From positions 1,058 to 65,057 of the forward strand of contig CANPZY010000003.1 in assembly GCA_947588945.1 (NCBI GenBank): DNA of 64,000 nt, given 5' to 3'. How positions within the stretch are numbered: the stretch's first letter is position 1; every line of letters starts with the position of its first letter. Under the pieces are notes generated by a model that saw nothing but the letters and a program-made list of their open reading frames with translations, ran no database searches and had not been told where the DNA came from. The DNA is from an uncultured Clostridia bacterium. Lineage in GTDB: Bacteria > Bacillota > Clostridia > TANB77 > CAG-508. This document shows positions 10,601 through 18,560 of the stretch, in pieces. Both the position numbers and the translations under genes were made by a program.

Positions 10601-12328
10601 TATCCATTCACGATTTCTGTAAATAAAAAAGAAAATTTCTCCATATTTTTCATTTAATCTTTTAGAACAACTTAAACCCTCTTTAATAATTTCTCTGTCA
10701 TATCGTTCTTCTTGAATACTACTGCAACTACAATCGCCAAGCAAAGTAAAAAATAAATTGTCTGACTTATTTGCTAAGTAATAAACTTCCATTTTTCTAA
10801 AAACTTCTTTTACATCTTCCTTTGATTTTAAAGCAACTGGTATTGCGCACATTGTAGCATTTTCTTTATCTATATTTTCATGTAAATCGATTCTTGGAAT
10901 ATGCTTTGGCTTAGTAATTTTGCTTAAAAAATATTGAACAATTTGAGTTACCGCATTTTGTACAGGAATAAATAACAAAATAGCTAATAATCCTACAACT
11001 CTTGAAAGTATTATTGTAAGTACAAAAGTAAGCAAATAAATAGCAAAAACATATAATTTTGCTTTAGTGTCATTTGATATATATTTTATTTTTTTTCCAA
11101 CTAACCTATTAATTAAAACGTTTACGCCATCATCAATTAAATAATAACCAACATGAGTTTTCTTTTTATTATTTTTTTCTGCATTCTTATTATCTTTTTT
11201 GAATTTTTCTGTTGTATTCTTTTGGCAAAGTTTCAGTATTTCTTCTGCAATAAATATCTCTGAGATTTTTGTTTTCTCTGCCATTTCAGCTATTTTATTT
11301 CTATAATAATCCTTGCTTGAAAAATCCATCTTAGGATATACTTTTGATGGATCCTTATTTAATATATTTTCAACAACATTTATTTCTTTAAATATTGTAA
11401 GCATATTCATTCTTGAAATATCTCTAATGCTCAAAATAGAATTTTTGATTGAAAGTTTTTTTACTGCAATATCAAAATGTTCTCTATTAATAACTTCCGA
11501 AACAGTCACTCCCATTTTATTTACTTGCTCTTCAAACGCTTCAAGATATGGAATCCCATCTTTTCCATAACTTTTCAATCTATATGACATATACTCAATA
11601 AAAGGATAAGCGCCATCAACAGATAATTTAATGCTTTTACCCGGTTTATCTTCTAAAATTCTTTGTATCATGTTTTCAACTTTGAACTTTTCTGTTTGCG
11701 AAATAAAAATTCTTTCACAAATATGTCTAATTTTCTCAACAATGCATATTTGAAGGAAATATGGTACCTGCCAGATTTCTTTCATAGTGAGGCTTTTTTG
11801 AGTTTGATATGCTGATAAATAATCTTTTAAATCAACTTGCTCTATTTTTGCATCTGTATTTGATACTATCTCATTTGCTAATACAAAAATCCTTGCAAAA
11901 CCGTTTTCTGCTAGTCCTGGTAAACTTGTATAATCTTTTACACTTAAACCTTTTTCAATTGTTTTCACTACTCTTTCAATAATATAAAAATTATCTAATA
12001 TCCATTCTCCTGCTGGATGGATTGGTATACCAAGTTTTATATGTTCATTTAAAAGAGTATACACAAGCGATATATACTTGCAGTTCTCTTTCATTCTAGG
12101 AATTGGATATGTGTCTTTACTAGAATTATTTTCTACTATATTATTTGAAGCAAACTTTGCTAAATAATTTTCTAATTCTTTTTTGTTCAATATTGCTTCT
12201 TTAGTATATAAATTTTTATTCATAAAAAAATCTTTCCTTTCTCTAGGAGGCACATAAAAAAAATTCCACTCCTTGGTTTTAAATATGTTTTTCACATATT
12301 TTCTCCAAGTTGTGGAATTTTTATGCAT
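4691..12328 (-). CDS. cyclic beta-1,2-glucan synthase-like giant protein (GT84-like + linker + GH94-like), C-terminally truncated
   Basis: GT84-type motifs: YVITIDFDTNL and SHDLLEGSFLRCGLANDIF...RKHRWIRGDLQI. Linker motif: LYNWYDTENLIPLYPLMVSTVDSGNFVGY. GH94 motifs: GYGFRDQLQDS, WWHDD..GIRTRYSDDLLWLP, GDWNDGMN, GESVWLGFF, WDGRWYKRAFDD, RENGGQYTH. The ORF then ends VCCC-stop where GH94 proteins continue (THAAxW...). An alternative start is ATG 12223 (MNKNLYTKE) with AAAGGAAAG upstream. Confidence 0.8.
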   Translation of the reverse strand: MHKNSTTWRKYVKNIFKTKEWNFFYVPPRERKDFFMNKNLYTKEAILNKKELENYLAKFASNNIVENNSSKDTYPIPRMKENCKYISLVYTLLNEHIKLGIPIHPAGEWILDNFYIIERVVKTIEKGLSVKDYTSLPGLAENGFARIFVLANEIVSNTDAKIEQVDLKDYLSAYQTQKSLTMKEIWQVPYFLQICIVEKIRHICERIFISQTEKFKVENMIQRILEDKPGKSIKLSVDGAYPFIEYMSYRLKSYGKDGIPYLEAFEEQVNKMGVTVSEVINREHFDIAVKKLSIKNSILSIRDISRMNMLTIFKEINVVENILNKDPSKVYPKMDFSSKDYYRNKIAEMAEKTKISEIFIAEEILKLCQKNTTEKFKKDNKNAEKNNKKKTHVGYYLIDDGVNVLINRLVGKKIKYISNDTKAKLYVFAIYLLTFVLTIILSRVVGLLAILLFIPVQNAVTQIVQYFLSKITKPKHIPRIDLHENIDKENATMCAIPVALKSKEDVKEVFRKMEVYYLANKSDNLFFTLLGDCSCSSIQEERYDREIIKEGLSCSKRLNEKYGEIFFFIYRNREWIDSERCYMGWERKRGILNQFNEFLITGNSKFGTNNCNIKKLPKIKYVITIDFDTNLVMDSAFKLIGTMAHILNKPEIDKIKNRVYKGYGIIQPKVDFDIDNGRKTLFTRLMSGGSGTDIYANATYDIYQDTFGEGIFTGKGIYDLEVFYEVLKDSIPENIVLSHDLLEGSFLRCGLANDIFLIDGYPSTYDAYKIRKHRWIRGDLQIVRWLNSGLNFLSKYKILDNLVRNSNEIFIFLSLVIGMICFCTPKIVIPLILLGTPTIIRLIDLFINKKSGVIKNKMFAQNFTEIEQTIFRYILDIILLPDTANVALNAFAKSFYRMKISHLHLLEWTTAKEAENASKMGILNYYSSMIFSVIVGIISIMYPFSFLWIFSPLIVYLMSRKEKENAEKISRENTKYLYNLGEKTWNYFKENMTNFLVNDNYQENRREKVLKRTSSTNIGLELLSIIASYDLGYETEEYVIDLLENVIKSIEILPKWNGHLYNWYDTENLIPLYPLMVSTVDSGNFVGYLYTLKQFLIEKFEEIIKEELNTKKAKNNKQYDINELKNNKETNETKNKKQDNINKIKDKNNYKIKLKSLIEKVEKLINDTDFSKLYDSSVGLFSIGFNCEENKLYDSYYDLLASESRQTTLIAIAKKDVPSKSWASLGRTLTALKGHIGLLSWGGTVFEYLMPNIIIPTYDSTLIDESCKLLILSQKEYANSLKIPWGISESSYSLKDFKGNYQYKTFGIPWLGLKRGLVDEIVVSPYSTALSLTENPKDAIDNFKRLEKEGALGKYGFYDAIDYLPKKEVIKVFMAHHQGMILASIDNELKNNIFQKRFMKNPEMEGIKVLLQERVPANLIITKEKKEKAQKIKYKLYYEHSLRNTGLNVISTSKYTTINYQNGNETNLLDDNVLTNNNNIYIKDIDSKKVWSLVNSKIETSFKSYASEYKIENGNLKAIIRNTIVSDLHLEVKEIKISNKGLNDLNLEITTSAEPLLVNKNQYEAHPAFENMFIKFKNLDDKLIISRNKRLANDKSIFLVTTLYGNEGSMEFEIDKEKFISRKNNGIPDSVSKSCPFSKKDGNVINPIIAMRRIINVKPNDTKKLYLISSAEYNEDMAIKNVEEYENIQNLERAFELSKVQTEAEIRYLGIKGKDISLYQKMLKFLLIPNKIEIDDRTLSTDLSNEKIWKYRISGDFPILLVLINDLNDYYVVKDVLKAYEFFRSKNIKTELVIISKSNIKENLEDSNMTRFLNKREGIFVIKDISREDKRCLQARASLIIDAHNGTLEKQISMLDDSIKSDIYAEDGMNIADEINHKSNDEEKNIINEKNLELYNGYGGFNNDGSEYWIIQSKDKRLPVAWSNVLANKNFGAVVTDSMGGFMWYKNSRTNRITTFSNDSYMDRPSEKFILSMHRKSNKNKEVKKHKEIIDNAEDQSIKEWTLTFNDSKSEEEYITCFGLGYAKFILDNGIYQECTQYVPINDNCKVSIIKLKNNIEKEISLKIKYDLDLQIGEKVSDNRFLSSIYKESLNMKLIKNLKNPSEYIYITSNEKINELNEAIIDLKPDEEKEIVFVIGAEETEMECLDKGTKYITNYNKELENTEKYWRQETNKVTSKTPLKSFDIMQNNWLVYQSLASRMYGKSGFYQASGGYGFRDQLQDSLGMKYVDINILKEQILMCAKHQFFEGDVEHWWHDDSDLGIRTRYSDDLLWLPYAVLEYVDFTGDYSILNEEEYYLKADELNENEEDRVSIYKNYENKGTIFEHCIKAIKRASQFGKNGLPLMKSGDWNDGMNKVGNKGIGESVWLGFFLYDILIRFVPLIDYESQFLKHRGVSKEVAIAINDNSGEQKAKVEFIQDVDNMNYQELKEEFIESYENLKKALNSVAWDGRWYKRAFDDDGVEVGSINQEECKIDSIAQSWSVISNAGDNDKKFICLESAENYLIDNDNNLVRLLTPALEKRNLGYISSYLKGLRENGGQYTHVCCC

Positions 12329-12370
12329 TTTTTTGTTTTTGTTAATTATATTTTAAAGCATTTCATCAAT

Positions 12371-15300
12371 TTAATTTTTATTTTTTAGTACTTTATTTTT
12401 AATGAAGATTACACCTGTTATTATTATTCCTAATACACATATTATTATTATTGCAGTTCTTTGATAATCTTTGTTTTCTCCAGTTGGTGCTAGAATTTGT
12501 ACTTTTTGACCACTATCTGAATCTGGTCCTTTTGGTTTTACCCATACAGTTGATTCATCTATCGATTTATCTTCTGCAGATTGATATGGTGCTTGCTCAT
12601 CTCCAACTTTGCTTAATTCCATTCTTCTTCCCCATGTATTGCTTGTTTCTATTATCTCAGCTAAGTTTGTATATATTATGTTTTTATCTGCTAATGTATT
12701 TGATAATAATGTTGATAAAGTTAAACCTACTTCTCTTCTTGAATTTGATAAGTATTCTAAATCAGTTTCTAATGCTCTTGGAATTAAGTCTCCTGATAAC
12801 CTTCCTGTTCTTATTAATATATTATATGTGTCTAAATTTTCTTTAAAATAGCTATTAACATAGTCATTATCTTCTTTTATTCTATTTAGCGTTTCTGCAT
12901 CATAACTTCCTGACATTTCTGCTGTTTCGTCTTGACTTGTTCCTAATAATGTATCAGTTGTTATCAGTTTCCAATCATTTATATCATTTTGATAGTTTAC
13001 TTCAAAATTCATTTCATTTGATACATAATCAAGTACATTTAATGCATTTGTCTTTGATACGTTACCCCAGTTTGTGTTATTAGTCTTTCCTTTAAAGTAG
13101 AAATCTGTATCTAAATAGTCTACTTCTCCTATGTTATCTACACTTAGCTTATATGTTAATCTTATTCTTGCTCCACTCATGATTTCTTCATCCATTGTTG
13201 CTAAAACTAATTCTTCTTGTCTATCTTTTATTGCACGTTGTATATCATGTCTTAATCTATATCCTGGATTACTATCTGTTCCTACATTATGGTAGTATTC
13301 ATCTTTTCCGTATACTTTATGTTTTCCATAAACTAAGTTTCGTACTGATTGGTTTGCATCAAATAATATGCTTCCATTTGCTAATTTTACTTGTACATTA
13401 GTTAATTCTTTCGATAATAGTAATTGCGCTTCTGGTCTTTCAGTTAATCCTAAATCTAAATCTTCTAATTTATAAATCAAATTTTGTACATACTGTTTTG
13501 ATTGAGCATTAAATACGTCTGTTTGTTGTCTGTTGTATTCTACTTCCATATTTATTATTCCTGATTGTGAAACCATTGTCGTATTTTCTATTAATTCTTT
13601 TATTGCATCTCTCTGAATTCGTACTGCATCTTCTAACATAGTACCTTTATCGATTTCTTCCGCTTTTGTTACTAATTTTGTTCCAGATGCTAATACTTCT
13701 GCTCTATGATTCTTTAATGTTTGCATATCTCCTTCTAGATTTGATGTACTTCCTAATGAATAGTTTCTTTCGTCCATTCTATATGAATATACGTCTTTTG
13801 CATCTGATATTCCATCTAAATTTATGGTATTTTTATCACTTTGATAAATATTATAAAAATACATTGAATCCTTATCATTTACATTGCTTCTATTATAATT
13901 TTGCAATTCTGTATTAGTATAACCAACTATTCCATTATAATTATTTACTTCAGAGTTTTGATTTACTCCTAATTGATATATTGTTGACTTGTAATCTTGT
14001 CCGGTATATGATCTACTATTTAGTCCACTTGTTCCTAATATTCTCTGGTATTCTGGTATATTAGTTCCATTAGTTTCACTTGCTCCATTTATCTTTATCT
14101 TTTCATTAGCACCCTGTACAAAGGCATTTTTTTGTTCATCTGTTAATTTATTAAATAATTCTTGCACTTCGTCCTTTGTTCCATATTTATCTGTATATCC
14201 TTCTCCTGTATCTGTTATATTAGTCAATACAGTTTGTGTTGTATCTCCATATATAAATCTTACAAAGAAGTCTCCTGGTGGTACTGAATCAAATTTATAT
14301 TCTCCTGCATCTTTACTTAGTGTACTTGGAGTTACTGCAAATACTCCTTGTCCAGATAATATTACCTGACCTCCTTCTGTTCCACTATAATATCTTGTAT
14401 CATCTATATGTTGGTCCCACGTACTTCCATTTTTTGTATATGTTACTCTTGACCAAATATATTCTTTTTCATAATTTCCGGTTACAAATCCTTGTTCATC
14501 TACTTCTTTAACTAATTCTACTAATTGAACAGTTATTCCATTTATTTTCTTATCTGCATTTTCTTCAAAATCTTTGTCATTTTCATCATATTTTCCATTT
14601 CCTATTACTGCTCCGTTCGAAATCTCTGTTCTTGCATCTTCAAATGTATATCCTGCAATACTTCGCTCTTCTTCTTCATCTGTGTTTATTTTTAATTTTA
14701 TATTATTTGCTTTATCTTCATCATCTTCTAGTCTATTTTCAGTTGGATCTTGTGATGAAATTATATCTCCATCTGCGTTTAAATCTCTAGGCTTTAAGCT
14801 ACCTGCATTTGAGTCTAAGTCTATTACTCCTGCTTTTCTAGATCCTGATGAACCAAAATATGTAGAATATCCATTTATTTCTGCTATATTTCTTTTTCCT
14901 ACTAAGTCTGTATTATCATTTATATTGTCATTTAGTAAATCTTCCATTTTTTGATCTAATTTTACTTTTCCTGTATCTGGATCATTTTGAACTTTAAATG
15001 TTATATATAAATAAGTTATTTCTCCAGGCATTAATCTGCTTCCACCCATATTGCCACTTTCTACTGATCTTATTCCCGTTAAATATACTGAGTTATAATC
15101 ATGGCTTCCATTTATGTTGTTACTTTCACTATAATATCCACTCATGCCACCATATTTTGAAGAATATATAGATTCACTACTTACATGTAAATCATATATT
15201 TTGTTTCCTTTTGAATCGCCTATATATGTATTTTCTTTTATTATTGTACTATTTGGTAAATCTACAATACTATAATATTGACTTGAATCATAATAGTCTA

Positions 15301-18259
15301 CTATTTCATCTACACTTGTCCATACATCTTGAGTTTGGTTTTTAACTGCTATCTTATAAGTTATAAATGCTTGTAAATTCTTTGCATCTGAGCTTCCTAT
15401 GTCTGATCCATCATACAAATATTCAGATTTTCTTATTTCTCTTGTATATATATTTCCTCCTGAACTTTCACCAATATAATCTTCATTATTTGCTCTTTGA
15501 CTTGCATCTGATGTTCCAGAACTATACTCATAAGTTCCTGTCTGTAAGTTTATTACCCAATTTCCTTCTGCATCTGTTTCTGATTTCTTTTTATTATAAA
15601 AGTATTCTTGTTTCTTACCATTTACTAACAATGTTGCTTTATATATATCTTTTGCTAAATATAAGTCTGCATTTGTACGTAGTTTCATTCCAAAATCTAC
15701 ATTTCTGCTTTGATCTCTACTACTTATATATAAATAATCATATCCAATAACTGTTCCACTTGCTGGTCTTCCATCTACATCTTCTAATACAAATTTATTT
15801 TGTTCTGGATACGGTACTGTTGTAGATTGTATTAAAGTATCATTTATATATTGCCATACATTTTGTGCTTCTTCGTCTGACATTCCTAATCCTGTTAATT
15901 CACCTTTAAATTCACTTTCTATATCCTTGTATCCCAAATCTACTGTAACATAATACCCATTATTCATTCCTGTTCCAACTTTATAATATGAATTTTTCAT
16001 GCTATCTTCATTATCTGAATTAATTTTATGGGAATTAGTTGCCAATTTTTTAAATATTTCTAATGCATCATAATATCTAAATGCTCCCTCATTTGTTCCT
16101 TCATTAGAATAACTTATGTAATCTTCATTTGCATCTTCTAACTTGCTGTATAATCCATAAGCTTTCCTCCACTCTCCATCTTTTCGATAATTCTGTGGTG
16201 AAGATTCTATTCTATCAAAGTAATCATTAAAGTTTGTTCTTGTGGTTGGACTTGTCAGCTCTTCTGATGCTGTTGAATATCCTCCACTTAAATCATTCGT
16301 ATACTTAGTATTTTCAAATCTCATTCCATCATAAGTAAATATTACTTTATACTTTAACAGAGGATTTATTTTTTGGAAACCGTATTTTCCGGATTCATCA
16401 GTTAGTGTTCTTGCAACAACCTTATTATGGCTTGTATCAAATAGTTCTACTTGTATTCCAGCCATAGACAGAGAGGAATCCGCTCGTTTTCCTGTAAAGT
16501 CTCCTATTTTTATTGACGGTAAGTCTTGCCATACATTTCCGCCTATATACATATTTACTTCTTTTCCACCCATTTTAAAGATTTTTGCACCTGATGGATC
16601 TGTCGCTGGTACATCTGGCCCACTTGGTCCACCTGGTCCGCCTGGTCCGCTTGGTCCACCTGGTCCGCTTGGTCCACTTGGAATTATTATCATATTTTTT
16701 TCTACAACTGATTTAGACATTACTGTTGATAATCTAACTGGTGGTTGTACTTTTAACAATTGTGACAAATCTTCTTCAAATATAGTTAACACATCCTCTA
16801 TTCTAATCATTACTGCAATATTATTCTTTATTTTGTCCCAAACTGCATCTATTGCATCTTTTTCAGTTTCATAGTCATATTCAGTAGATTCATTAACAGC
16901 TCCTGAAACAGTTGCTTTATAAAAGGTTTTTCTTTCATATACTGGTACAAGATATGTTTGACCGTTACGAGTTACTTCCTTATACCCATTCTGAACAAGT
17001 TTTTGTTTCTTTGATGTGCTATATGTATAGGAACCATTTTCAATAAAATCACCCTTACCAAAAATATACAAACCAATATGAAAGTTCCAACTAATGTCCA
17101 AGACTGTAGATTCCTTTATTGAACTTCCTCCAACTCCCATATCATGGAAGGCTTTTTTCAAATAGTATCGTAAACTAGTTTCCATCATATGATATAATTT
17201 AGATGTTTCAAATGTATATCCATTTTCACCAACCATATAGTCTTCATTTCTACCTGATAAATATATTCTATGAATATTAACTCCCTTAAGCAAGTATACC
17301 CATCTGCCCCATTTACCATTATGTGCCATTGAATCCTCTGTCGCATTCGTTGTAGCTTTTTTTACCATATCAGCAGGATCCTCTATCATAGAATATTTAA
17401 ATTTAATAGGTTCATAGTAATAGCATAATGGAGGATTAGTTCCATCTCTTGTCATCTTTTTTAAATATTCAATTTGTACTCTTGGATTTATTCTGTCTAC
17501 TATTTCTGCATCTTTTGATGTTTTATATCTTACATAAAATTCTTGACCAAATTTTGGGAATTTCTCTTGTATTACATTTCCATCTGCATCTATTACTTCT
17601 ATATCTGCATTTTGGTCTTGTGTACCATTTTGAAAAGTTATAGTTACATCTATTGAAGCAGTTACAAATTTTCCAGAATAATTATGCACTATTTCATCCC
17701 ATACAAGATCTCCTAATGTCCCACTTCCACAATGTACTGCAGTATTTTGATTTGGGAAACTTAAAATGTATGGTCCTAAAGTATATGTATCTGCTTGTTG
17801 ATCTACCATTATTTTTAATTTATCATCATCTTCATTCTCTGGATTAGCTACCAATCCTAATGTTCCATCACTTTGAAGTGCTCTATATACAAAATTTGCA
17901 TATCTATATGCTCTTCCTGGTATTCCAGAAGAATTAGTTGTAAATGACAATTTTGCTGAACCTTGTGCTAAACAAGATTCCCCCGTATATGCTAGCCATT
18001 GATCTGATGCCCATATTAACCTATTAATTTCATCCTCAGTTCCACCAAACACTCTAGCATAAGCAATACTTTGTGCCATCTCTGTTGTTTTTGCAAGCTG
18101 ATATGTGGTTTCTTGTTTTCTTCCTACCCCTCCATCTCCATGATCTACAATTATAGTTCCACCTTCTTGATAAGTCTCTCTTCTTGCAATTGTCCAACTA
18201 TGACCTGCACAATATGTTCCGAGGTGCATATAGATATTGATGATTTGCATCTGCACCAC
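12371..18259 (-). CDS. giant cell-wall-anchored surface protein (LAPTG sorting signal, SdrD-B/Cna-B-like repeats); 5' part in another frame
   Basis: C-terminus is ILAPTGENKD, a hydrophobic stretch (AIIIICVLGIIITGVIFI), then KNKVLKNKN. B-type repeat example: GNVWQDLP...GIQVELFD...TDESGKYGFQ...YKVIFTYDG. Contains a (GPX)7 tract. The listed start is a GTG with no signal peptide. Confidence 0.75.
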   Translation of the reverse strand: MVQMQIINIYMHLGTYCAGHSWTIARRETYQEGGTIIVDHGDGGVGRKQETTYQLAKTTEMAQSIAYARVFGGTEDEINRLIWASDQWLAYTGESCLAQGSAKLSFTTNSSGIPGRAYRYANFVYRALQSDGTLGLVANPENEDDDKLKIMVDQQADTYTLGPYILSFPNQNTAVHCGSGTLGDLVWDEIVHNYSGKFVTASIDVTITFQNGTQDQNADIEVIDADGNVIQEKFPKFGQEFYVRYKTSKDAEIVDRINPRVQIEYLKKMTRDGTNPPLCYYYEPIKFKYSMIEDPADMVKKATTNATEDSMAHNGKWGRWVYLLKGVNIHRIYLSGRNEDYMVGENGYTFETSKLYHMMETSLRYYLKKAFHDMGVGGSSIKESTVLDISWNFHIGLYIFGKGDFIENGSYTYSTSKKQKLVQNGYKEVTRNGQTYLVPVYERKTFYKATVSGAVNESTEYDYETEKDAIDAVWDKIKNNIAVMIRIEDVLTIFEEDLSQLLKVQPPVRLSTVMSKSVVEKNMIIIPSGPSGPGGPSGPGGPGGPSGPDVPATDPSGAKIFKMGGKEVNMYIGGNVWQDLPSIKIGDFTGKRADSSLSMAGIQVELFDTSHNKVVARTLTDESGKYGFQKINPLLKYKVIFTYDGMRFENTKYTNDLSGGYSTASEELTSPTTRTNFNDYFDRIESSPQNYRKDGEWRKAYGLYSKLEDANEDYISYSNEGTNEGAFRYYDALEIFKKLATNSHKINSDNEDSMKNSYYKVGTGMNNGYYVTVDLGYKDIESEFKGELTGLGMSDEEAQNVWQYINDTLIQSTTVPYPEQNKFVLEDVDGRPASGTVIGYDYLYISSRDQSRNVDFGMKLRTNADLYLAKDIYKATLLVNGKKQEYFYNKKKSETDAEGNWVINLQTGTYEYSSGTSDASQRANNEDYIGESSGGNIYTREIRKSEYLYDGSDIGSSDAKNLQAFITYKIAVKNQTQDVWTSVDEIVDYYDSSQYYSIVDLPNSTIIKENTYIGDSKGNKIYDLHVSSESIYSSKYGGMSGYYSESNNINGSHDYNSVYLTGIRSVESGNMGGSRLMPGEITYLYITFKVQNDPDTGKVKLDQKMEDLLNDNINDNTDLVGKRNIAEINGYSTYFGSSGSRKAGVIDLDSNAGSLKPRDLNADGDIISSQDPTENRLEDDEDKANNIKLKINTDEEEERSIAGYTFEDARTEISNGAVIGNGKYDENDKDFEENADKKINGITVQLVELVKEVDEQGFVTGNYEKEYIWSRVTYTKNGSTWDQHIDDTRYYSGTEGGQVILSGQGVFAVTPSTLSKDAGEYKFDSVPPGDFFVRFIYGDTTQTVLTNITDTGEGYTDKYGTKDEVQELFNKLTDEQKNAFVQGANEKIKINGASETNGTNIPEYQRILGTSGLNSRSYTGQDYKSTIYQLGVNQNSEVNNYNGIVGYTNTELQNYNRSNVNDKDSMYFYNIYQSDKNTINLDGISDAKDVYSYRMDERNYSLGSTSNLEGDMQTLKNHRAEVLASGTKLVTKAEEIDKGTMLEDAVRIQRDAIKELIENTTMVSQSGIINMEVEYNRQQTDVFNAQSKQYVQNLIYKLEDLDLGLTERPEAQLLLSKELTNVQVKLANGSILFDANQSVRNLVYGKHKVYGKDEYYHNVGTDSNPGYRLRHDIQRAIKDRQEELVLATMDEEIMSGARIRLTYKLSVDNIGEVDYLDTDFYFKGKTNNTNWGNVSKTNALNVLDYVSNEMNFEVNYQNDINDWKLITTDTLLGTSQDETAEMSGSYDAETLNRIKEDNDYVNSYFKENLDTYNILIRTGRLSGDLIPRALETDLEYLSNSRREVGLTLSTLLSNTLADKNIIYTNLAEIIETSNTWGRRMELSKVGDEQAPYQSAEDKSIDESTVWVKPKGPDSDSGQKVQILAPTGENKDYQRTAIIIICVLGIIITGVIFIKNKVLKNKN
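16614..16682 (-). repeat. GC-rich 9-bp-periodic coding repeat encoding (Gly-Pro-X)n
   Basis: Plus strand reads ggcccacttggtccacctggtccgcctggtccgcttggtccacctggtccgcttggtccacttgg. It encodes PSGPSGPGGPSGPGGPGGPSGP. Confidence 0.85.
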
Positions 18260-18491
18260 TCAAACTTCCACCAGTTATTATTTGATCAGGACCATATCCA
18301 TTTCTAGTTGGAGTTGATAATGTTCCTGCTATTTCTGGTGCTTCTGCTGATATATCTTGTATATCTTTACTTTCTTCTATAACTTCCATTATTTGTATTA
18401 CATTATTAGATACTAACTCAATTCCCATTATCAATAATATAATTGCACTAAATAATACAACTACAATTCTCTTAAGACATTTTCTGCTCAT
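18198..18491 (-). CDS. signal-peptide-bearing fragment, probably the true N-terminus of the 12371..18259 protein (frameshifted)
   Basis: MSRKCLKRIVVVLFSAIILLIMGIELVSN is signal/anchor-like. The ORF overlaps the start of the big ORF by 62 nt in a different frame. The big frame is closed by TGA immediately upstream of its GTG. Confidence 0.5.
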   Translation of the reverse strand: MSRKCLKRIVVVLFSAIILLIMGIELVSNNVIQIMEVIEESKDIQDISAEAPEIAGTLSTPTRNGYGPDQIITGGSLSGADANHQYLYAPRNILCRS

Positions 18492-18560
18492 ATTATCCTC
18501 CTTTCTTTCGTATTTTCTCTTTTCTTAATTATCATTTTCATTTTTTTTACCTTGCATTTT

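Noticed and set aside
18100-18259. Thioester (Cys-Gln) adhesin domain at the N-terminus of the giant LAPTG protein, suggested by GTYCAGHSW and EMAQSIAY.
   Set aside because: The motifs only loosely resemble the YC.. / TQxA(I/V)W signatures, and their spacing (about 45 aa) is much shorter than in known thioester domains. The call cannot be supported without an HMM search.
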